Of a DNA stretch of 64,000 nucleotides, positions 58,029-64,000 are shown piece by piece; the stretch's first letter is position 1, and each line of letters begins with the position of its first letter. The notes under the pieces were generated by a model that made no database searches, was not told where the DNA came from, and worked only from the letters and a program-made list of their open reading frames with translations. The position numbers and the translations under genes were made by a program. This DNA is from Mycobacteriaceae bacterium (lineage in GTDB: Bacteria; Actinomycetota; Actinomycetes; Mycobacteriales; Mycobacteriaceae), in the NCBI GenBank assembly GCA_029977845.1, contig JAPOKC010000002.1, positions 996 to 64,995 on the forward strand, given 5' to 3'.

Positions 58029-58068
58029 GGTAACCACGTTCTACTATGACGAGGAGAACGTAATTCTT
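58029..58068. promoter_or_regulatory. Two operator copies upstream of the amidohydrolase-Rieske operon
   Basis: GGTAACCACGTTCTA (58029), GAGAACGTAATTCTT (58054). Confidence 0.6.
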
Positions 58069-58087
58069 GCTGCTGAAGGCGGGTGCG

Positions 58088-59179
58088 GTGATCGAACACC
58101 GGGACGGAACGACGACTCCGCTGATTGACGCCAGCGTGCATATTTTCTTCGGCTCGACTCCGGAGTTGCGCGCCGTGATGCGGGAGCCGTTCAAGAGCCG
58201 CGGATTCCCGGACTACGAGATGGACTGGTACGGCGCCCCGGGCGGCGAGTACGCCAAGGGCACCCGTGGCCCCGACGGCCAGTACCCGGGATCCGATCCG
58301 GATCTGGTGGCACGCCACCTGTTCACCGACCGCGGAGTCGATGTCGCAGTGCTGCACCCGATGGGCCGCGGCATCATGCCCGACCGGCATCTGGGCACCG
58401 CGATCCTGTCCGCGCACAACGAGATGATGGTGTCGCGGTGGCTGGAGCATCCCGAATTCGGTGACAGATTCCGGGGCACCATCCGGGTCAACCCCGATGA
58501 CATCAGCGGCGCGCTGCGCGAGATCGAGAAGTACAAGAACCATCCGCGCGTCGTTCAGATCGGGATACCGCTGCAGTCGCGCGAACTGTATGGCAAGCCC
58601 CAGTTCTGGGACCTCTGGGAGGCGGCGGCCGCGGCCGGACTACCGGTGGCCACCCACATCGAACCCGGGGAGGGCATCGGGTTCAGTCCGACCCCAAGCG
58701 GTAACACCCGGACCTACGAGCAATACCTTGGTTTCATGTCGCTGAACTACGTCTACCACCTGCTGAACATGATCGCCGAGGGTGTGTTCGAGCGGTTCTC
58801 CGACCTCAGGGTCGTCTGGGCGGACGGTGCCGCTGACATGGTGACCCCGTTCATCTGGCGGATGGACTGCTTCGGCCGGCCGCATCTGGAGCAGACACCG
58901 TGGGCGCCGCGAATGCCCAGTGACTATCTTCCCGGTCACGTGTACTTCATCCACAACAGCCTGGACGGACCCGGCGACGCCGACTACGCCGACCAGTGGC
59001 TGTCGTTCACCGGCAAGGACGACATGCTGATGTTCGGTTCGAGTTATCCGTACTGGCATCTCTACGACGCACACGATCTGCCACCGGCGTGGACGGCCGA
59101 GCAGCGCGACAAAGTCTGCTGGCGTAACGCCGCCGGGCTTTATGGCATAGACATACCGGCCGGCGTGACCGCACAGTAG
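58088..59179 (+). CDS. Amidohydrolase_2-fold protein with degenerate metal site (putative structural subunit)
   Basis: DASVH, ATHIE, WADGAAD, GSSYPYW in place of DxDxH / E / SDYPH; start 58067 (TTG) or 58088 (GTG). Confidence 0.82.
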   Translation: MIEHRDGTTTPLIDASVHIFFGSTPELRAVMREPFKSRGFPDYEMDWYGAPGGEYAKGTRGPDGQYPGSDPDLVARHLFTDRGVDVAVLHPMGRGIMPDRHLGTAILSAHNEMMVSRWLEHPEFGDRFRGTIRVNPDDISGALREIEKYKNHPRVVQIGIPLQSRELYGKPQFWDLWEAAAAAGLPVATHIEPGEGIGFSPTPSGNTRTYEQYLGFMSLNYVYHLLNMIAEGVFERFSDLRVVWADGAADMVTPFIWRMDCFGRPHLEQTPWAPRMPSDYLPGHVYFIHNSLDGPGDADYADQWLSFTGKDDMLMFGSSYPYWHLYDAHDLPPAWTAEQRDKVCWRNAAGLYGIDIPAGVTAQ

Positions 59180-59199
59180 GAACGAACGAGGAGACCACC

Positions 59200-60354
59200 A
59201 TGACGCTGAGCCATATTCAGGAACGCGTTACTCCTGCCGAGCGTGTTCCGGTGCGCTGCGTCGATTCCGATGTCCACCCGGTGCCCCGGCGTGGAGTGAT
59301 GCAGCAGTACATCCCGGAGCCGATTCGCAGCAAGTACTTCACTAACCACTCAGTCGGCGAGACCATCTACTACGACGCTCCGGATTACGCGCACGCCTAT
59401 GCGATGCGGGTGGACACCTTCCCGCCCGACGGGGAGTTCGCCTGCACCGATCCGGACATGGCGTTTCGCCAAGCGATCATGGAGGCCGGCGCCGATATCG
59501 CGATACTCGAGCCCGTGTTCGCGACCTGCCGGTTGCCGGAGGCCACCGTGGCGCTGGCCGCCGCGCACAACAGCTGGCAGGACGAGCACTGGCTGGACAG
59601 CAAGAACAACTGGCACGGCCGCTGGCGCGGATCGATCTGCGTGGCCATCGAAGACCCTGCGGCAGCGGTCCTCGAGATCGAGAAGTGGGCCGGCCACCCC
59701 AGCATGTCGCAGATCCTGATCAGGGCGGAGCCCAGACCCTCCTGGGGGGACCCCGTCTACGACCCGGTCTGGGCGGCGGCCACCAAACACGACATCACAG
59801 TCAGCTGCCACCTCGGGCGAGGGCACAGCGAACTGCTGCCCCTACCGCCGGTGGGCTTTCCCAGCTACAACCACGACATGATGGTCAGCTACTCGCTTCT
59901 GGCCAACAACCAGGTGATGAGCCTGATCTTCGACGGCGTCTTCGATCGATTCCCCACCCTGCGTGTGGTTTTCGTCGAACACGCATTCAACTGGATCCTG
60001 CCGCTGATGTGGCGGATGGATGCGATCTACGAAGCGCGCAAGTCGTGGATGGACATCAAGCGCAAGCCCAGCGAGTACGTCAAGGAACACATCAAGTTCA
60101 CCACGCAGCCACTGGACTACCCCGAGGACAAGACCGAGTTGCTGCGCGCCTTCGAGTGGATGGAGTGCGAGAAGATCCTGCTGTTCTCCTCGGACTATCC
60201 GCACTGGACCTACGACGATCCCCGCTGGCTGGTCAAGCACCTACCCGAGCATGCACGGGAAGCGGTGATGTTCCGCAACGGCATCGAGACCTACAAACTG
60301 CCCGACACCGTTCCGGCTCTCGAGGGCCAGACCCGGGTGTTCGACGTTCGATGA
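59200..60354 (+). CDS. Amidohydrolase_2-fold protein (putative catalytic subunit of a dinuclear monooxygenase)
   Basis: DSDVH, SCHLG, VFVEH, FTTQP, SSDYPHWTYDDP. Confidence 0.85.
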   Translation: MTLSHIQERVTPAERVPVRCVDSDVHPVPRRGVMQQYIPEPIRSKYFTNHSVGETIYYDAPDYAHAYAMRVDTFPPDGEFACTDPDMAFRQAIMEAGADIAILEPVFATCRLPEATVALAAAHNSWQDEHWLDSKNNWHGRWRGSICVAIEDPAAAVLEIEKWAGHPSMSQILIRAEPRPSWGDPVYDPVWAAATKHDITVSCHLGRGHSELLPLPPVGFPSYNHDMMVSYSLLANNQVMSLIFDGVFDRFPTLRVVFVEHAFNWILPLMWRMDAIYEARKSWMDIKRKPSEYVKEHIKFTTQPLDYPEDKTELLRAFEWMECEKILLFSSDYPHWTYDDPRWLVKHLPEHAREAVMFRNGIETYKLPDTVPALEGQTRVFDVR

Positions 60355-60746
60355 CCGAGGCGCAGAAGAAGGAACCCCGTCTGGCCCAGGGCCGCGAGCA
60401 CATCGTGGCGACGATCGACGAGATCCCGCCGGGCACCCACAAACTGGTTCCGATTGGCCGACACGGTGTCGGCGTCTACAACGTCAACGGCACCTTCTAC
60501 GCGATCGCCAACTTCTGCCCCCATGAAGGTGGCCCGCTGTGCTCCGGGCGACCGCGCGGCCGCAACATCGTCGATGAGAGCGTCCCCGGCGATGCCGTGA
60601 TGGTTCGCGACCTCGAGTACATCTACTGTCCCTGGCATCAGTGGGGTTTCGAACTGGCGACCGGCACCACCGCGGTGAAGCCCGAGTGGAGCATTCGCAC
60701 CTATCCGGTGCGGGTTGTGGGGACCGACATCCTCGTGCAGGCATGA
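60351..60746 (+). CDS. Rieske [2Fe-2S] ferredoxin
   Basis: CPHEGGPL...CPWHQWGF; ATG 60351 overlaps the upstream stop (ATGA). Confidence 0.93.
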   Translation: MTEAQKKEPRLAQGREHIVATIDEIPPGTHKLVPIGRHGVGVYNVNGTFYAIANFCPHEGGPLCSGRPRGRNIVDESVPGDAVMVRDLEYIYCPWHQWGFELATGTTAVKPEWSIRTYPVRVVGTDILVQA

Positions 60747-61648
60747 GCGCCGCAGCCAACGGCCCGCAGTTGCGGGGCGGCGAACAGGTCATGGAGATCA
60801 ACGGCGGCAACGTCGTCTACGAGATCCTCGGCGAATCCGGGGATTTCATCGCCCTGACTCCGGGCGGCCGGTACAGCAAGGACATCGAGGGCCTGCGCCC
60901 ACTGGCCGAGGAACTGGTCAAGGGCGGCTTTCGGGTACTGCTGTGGGACCGGCCCAACTGCGGAAAATCCGACCTGCAGTTCTACGGGCAGAGCGAGTCA
61001 CATATGCGCGCCGACACCCTGGCCGCACTGATTCGCGGCCTGGGAATCGGGCCCTGCGTCATCGCCGGTGGATCAGGTGGGGCACGGGACTCGATCCTCA
61101 CCACGATCCTGCATCCCGACCTGGTCACCAAACTCGTCACGTGGAACATCGTCGGCGGGGTGTACGGAAGTTTCGTGCTGGGTTCCTACTACCTGGTGCC
61201 GAGCATCCTCGCGGTGCGCGGATTGGGCATCAAGGGTCTGCTGCACGTTGACGAGTGGAAGGAGCGGATCGCCGAGAACCCGGCCAACAAGGACCGGATA
61301 CTGGCCATGGACGGTGATGAATTCCTCACGGTGATGCTGCGCTGGCTCAATGCGTTCGTTCCCAAGGCAGGTCAGGCCATCCCGGGCGTCGACGACGAAC
61401 TGTTCGGTCAGATCAAGGTTCCGACGCTGATCATCCGGGGCGGGGAGAACGACTGGGACCACCCCAAACGGACCTCCCTGGAGGTGAACTGTCTCATCCG
61501 CGGATCGAAACTGATCGACCCGCCCTGGCCGGAGGACGCCTGGGAGCGCGCCGGCGAGGACCGTGCATCCGGAAAAGTCAAGCGGTTCAACATGTTCGAC
61601 ACCTGGGTACAGGCCGCACCAGCCATTCTGGAATTCCTCGGCCGATGA
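60743..61648 (+). CDS. Alpha/beta hydrolase, atypical
   Basis: TPGGR, WDRPNCGKSD, GGSGG elbow, PTLIIRGGENDWDHP; ATG 60743 overlaps the Rieske stop. Confidence 0.82.
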   Translation: MSAAANGPQLRGGEQVMEINGGNVVYEILGESGDFIALTPGGRYSKDIEGLRPLAEELVKGGFRVLLWDRPNCGKSDLQFYGQSESHMRADTLAALIRGLGIGPCVIAGGSGGARDSILTTILHPDLVTKLVTWNIVGGVYGSFVLGSYYLVPSILAVRGLGIKGLLHVDEWKERIAENPANKDRILAMDGDEFLTVMLRWLNAFVPKAGQAIPGVDDELFGQIKVPTLIIRGGENDWDHPKRTSLEVNCLIRGSKLIDPPWPEDAWERAGEDRASGKVKRFNMFDTWVQAAPAILEFLGR

Positions 61649-61659
61649 CACCCCGGAGT

Positions 61660-62133
61660 TCACAGGATCCGAATTCGGACCTCACAGTTGGTCGCCGCTT
61701 CCAGCGCGGTGTAGACCCGGCTCTCCGGGATCCGGGCAAGGTCGTCCTTGCGCAAGGTCACGTCGAGGATGTCGTAGCCGTCCTCGCCACTGCTCCGGCT
61801 GACGTCACCGGCGAGTCCGAACCCGGCCAGCACTCCGTGAGCATCCTCGTCGGTGCCGCGGCTCACATAGGTCAGCGTCCCGGCGGCCGGGACCGTGCCG
61901 AAGGCCTCGGAGCAGATCGTCGTCGCGGTGCGTTTGAGTTCCTGCTCGTCGGCTCCGGCGATCAGGAACTCCGCCTCGCGGCGCCCGCGCGGCATCGCGG
62001 CCAGATTGTTGTCGACGACCTCGATTCCGGCCTGGTCGGCCAGAGCGCGCAGAGCCGCCACACCAGAACTCATCTCTTCCGGGGAGAGCCCACCCGACGG
62101 GTCGACATCGATCCGAACCACCGCCGTCCTCAT
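61660..62133 (-). CDS. Hypothetical protein
   Basis: 157 aa ORF MRTAVVRIDVDP...ALEAATNCEVRI fills the gap between two + strand genes. Confidence 0.65.
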   Translation of the reverse strand: MRTAVVRIDVDPSGGLSPEEMSSGVAALRALADQAGIEVVDNNLAAMPRGRREAEFLIAGADEQELKRTATTICSEAFGTVPAAGTLTYVSRGTDEDAHGVLAGFGLAGDVSRSSGEDGYDILDVTLRKDDLARIPESRVYTALEAATNCEVRIRIL

Positions 62134-62171
62134 GGTCATCAGCCTAATGAGGAGATCGACGGGAGAGCACA

Positions 62172-63452
62172 GTGCTGAAGGTTGCCGCGGCGCCCGGATG
62201 CGAACCTCGATTACTACGGTCGACGTCCGGGCTGGAAACCCACAGTGCCTACACCGCACCCGGCGGATACCGACTGCTGGACAGTGTGGAGGCGCTGCTC
62301 GCCGAAGTCGAGGAATCCGGGCTGCTCGGCCGCGGCGGCGCCGCGTTCCCGCTCGGTGTCAAACTCCGCACGGTGCGGGGGGCGCATCTCAAGGGCCACG
62401 AGACGGTCGTCGTCGCCAACGGTGAGGAGGGCGAGCCGGCCTCGGTCAAGGACCGGTGGCTGATGCGGCACCGGCCACATCTGGTGATCGACGGACTACG
62501 GCTCGCGGCCCGGATGGTCGGTGCCGAACGGGCATTCCTCTACGTCGCCGACCCGCAGTCGGCGGTCACCCTGGACGCCGCTCTGAACGAGGTGGGTTTC
62601 GACACTCTGGGCGGCTTGAACATCGGCATCGTGATCGTTGCGCCGGGTTATGTGGCCGGTGAGGAGACCGCCGCGGTACGCGCCATCAACGGCGGGCCGG
62701 CGAAACCGACCGACAAACCACCCAGGCCCTTCCAGCATGGCGTGCTCGGCCATCCGACGCTGGTGAGCAATGTCGAAACGCTGGCGAATCTGCCCTTTCT
62801 ACAACGCCGCGGCGCTGCGGTGTTCCGGTCGGCGGGCACCGCCGCATCTCCCGGAACCTTCCTGATGACAGTGACCGGCGGAGCCGGAAGTCCCGCGCTG
62901 TATGAAATTCCACATGGCATGCCGGTGATGGATCTTCTTGCCATGCACGGTGTTTCGCCCAATGACGTTCGCGGTGCGATGGTCGGCGGTTACTTCGCAG
63001 GCCTGATGAACCGCCGGGTGCTGGACGCCTCACTGGATCATGAGACCTTCCGGCAACTGGGCTGCGGTCTGGGGTGCGGTGCGATCGCCCTCCTGACCGA
63101 TGACTGTCCCGTGGCGGTCGCCGCCGCTGTCCTGGACTATTTCGACCGCGAGAACGCCGGCCAGTGCGGGTCGTGTTTCAACGGCACCGCGGCGATGGCA
63201 GCCGCCGCAGGCGCACTGCGGGACGGATCAGCAGGCGCCGAGGACGTCGCCCGCCTGCAACGGTGGTCGGTGGTGCTGCGCGGCCGCGGCGCCTGCGCGA
63301 CACTGGACGGCGCCACCAACATCGCCGCCAGCCTGCTGGCGGATTTTCCCGGCGAGGTGCAACAACACCTTTCCGGTGATTGCCAGACCTGCCGACCGGG
63401 TGCGTTCGCAGCCCTGCGGCCCTATGAGGTGGAGGCGGTGAGCCCGGTATGA
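62172..63452 (+). CDS. Stand-alone NuoF-like (FMN, NADH-binding, Fe-S) flavoprotein
   Basis: SGLLGRGGAAFP, NGEEGEPAS, YVAGEETA, NVETLA, ENAGQCGSC...GAC; no other nuo genes nearby. Confidence 0.88.
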   Translation: MLKVAAAPGCEPRLLRSTSGLETHSAYTAPGGYRLLDSVEALLAEVEESGLLGRGGAAFPLGVKLRTVRGAHLKGHETVVVANGEEGEPASVKDRWLMRHRPHLVIDGLRLAARMVGAERAFLYVADPQSAVTLDAALNEVGFDTLGGLNIGIVIVAPGYVAGEETAAVRAINGGPAKPTDKPPRPFQHGVLGHPTLVSNVETLANLPFLQRRGAAVFRSAGTAASPGTFLMTVTGGAGSPALYEIPHGMPVMDLLAMHGVSPNDVRGAMVGGYFAGLMNRRVLDASLDHETFRQLGCGLGCGAIALLTDDCPVAVAAAVLDYFDRENAGQCGSCFNGTAAMAAAAGALRDGSAGAEDVARLQRWSVVLRGRGACATLDGATNIAASLLADFPGEVQQHLSGDCQTCRPGAFAALRPYEVEAVSPV

Positions 63453-63748
63453 GCGAGGGTCTGAGAATTCGTCTGGACCGCACGATCTGTGACGGCTTCG
63501 GCGCCTGCGCCAAACACGCGCCGGACTACTTCTCGCTCGACGACTGGGGGTACGCGACCCTGATCGGCGATGGCGTGATTCCGGAGGCTGACCGCGCCGA
63601 CGTATTGCGGGCGGTGTTCGACTGTCCGGCCAACGCGATCATCGAGATGAGCGGTGACGAGTTCGCCGGGGAAGTGCATCCCGATCCACGCCGGCAGTCC
63701 GAGGACGAGACGCCGGCCTTCGAAGCCCATTGGGGATTCGCCCAGTGA
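63449..63748 (+). CDS. Ferredoxin (CxxFxxC...CP) with acidic C-terminal extension
   Basis: CDGFGAC...DCPANAI; coupled to the NuoF-like gene by ATGA overlap. Confidence 0.88.
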   Translation: MSEGLRIRLDRTICDGFGACAKHAPDYFSLDDWGYATLIGDGVIPEADRADVLRAVFDCPANAIIEMSGDEFAGEVHPDPRRQSEDETPAFEAHWGFAQ

Positions 63749-63758
63749 AGGACCGCCG

Positions 63759-64000
63759 ATGAGTCGACTCCCGCTGCCGCAACTAACCGCCGAGAACGAG
63801 TTCTTCTGGACTGCGGGCGCTGACGGCGTCCTACGGATCCAGAAGTGCCGCAGTTGCGAGGCGCTCATCCACCCGCCGCAACCGGTGTGCCGGTACTGCC
63901 GCAGCCATGACATGGGCGTGCGGGAGGTGAGCGGCCGCGCAGTGCTGTCGGCGTTCACCGTCAATCACCGGTTCAGCATTCCCGGGCTCACCGCTCCGTA
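63759..64000 (+). CDS. Zn-ribbon/OB-fold (DUF35) protein, possibly N-terminus of a thiolase fusion (truncated by window)
   Basis: Read manually: MSRLPLPQLTAENEFFW...IQKCRSC...HPPQPVCRYC...VSGRAVLSAFTVNH. Confidence 0.8.
   Translation, partial: MSRLPLPQLTAENEFFWTAGADGVLRIQKCRSCEALIHPPQPVCRYCRSHDMGVREVSGRAVLSAFTVNHRFSIPGLTAP

Noticed and set aside
62172-63452. Respiratory complex I nuoF or hydrogenase diaphorase subunit
   Set aside because: No nuoE/nuoG/hox neighbours, altered Fe-S motif, and coupling to a small ferredoxin
1-64000. Natural-product biosynthetic cluster, CRISPR, tRNA/rRNA, IS or prophage
   Set aside because: No PKS/NRPS/terpene synthase, transposase, integrase, cas gene or RNA-gene pattern seen; an importer plus ring-cleavage enzymes indicates catabolism

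Overview
High-GC actinobacterial DNA; the Mce operon, mycofactocin-type SDR and FadD/FadE/EchA-like genes point to Mycobacterium/Mycolicibacterium. The whole 64 kb is one dense catabolic island of about 63 CDS, and I saw no RNA genes, IS elements or CRISPR. It encodes a complete Mce lipid importer (yrbEAB-mceABCDEF plus 3 dispersed Mce-associated proteins), 4 P450s, 3 small ferredoxins, a Rieske ferredoxin, a stand-alone NuoF-like flavoprotein, 4 amidohydrolase-fold proteins and 2 M24-fold proteins. It also encodes 3 CoA ligases, 2 type III CoA transferases, 3 acyl-CoA dehydrogenases, 2 KstD-like flavoproteins, a MhpA/MhpB/MCP-hydrolase ring-cleavage operon, a molybdoenzyme and 5 SDRs. Most interesting: (1) The 'amidohydrolases' carry motifs of TIM-barrel dinuclear oxygenases (PtmU3/AibH1H2 type). 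One active plus degenerate pair sits next to a Rieske ferredoxin and a NuoF-like reductase, suggesting a multicomponent monooxygenase. (2) A palindromic operator GAGAAT-N3-ATTCTC, often arrayed at 21-22 bp pitch, marks most promoter regions of the core cluster but was not seen in the 12-34 kb block. (3) Active plus pseudo-enzyme heteromer pairs recur. (4) There is an lva/ACAD10-like kinase-ACAD-SDR-ligase module. Overall inference: an uptake and degradation pathway for a polycyclic terpenoid or steroid-like lipid, distinct from the cholesterol (KstR) pathway. All family calls come from motif recognition without database searches, and some start codons were re-chosen by eye.
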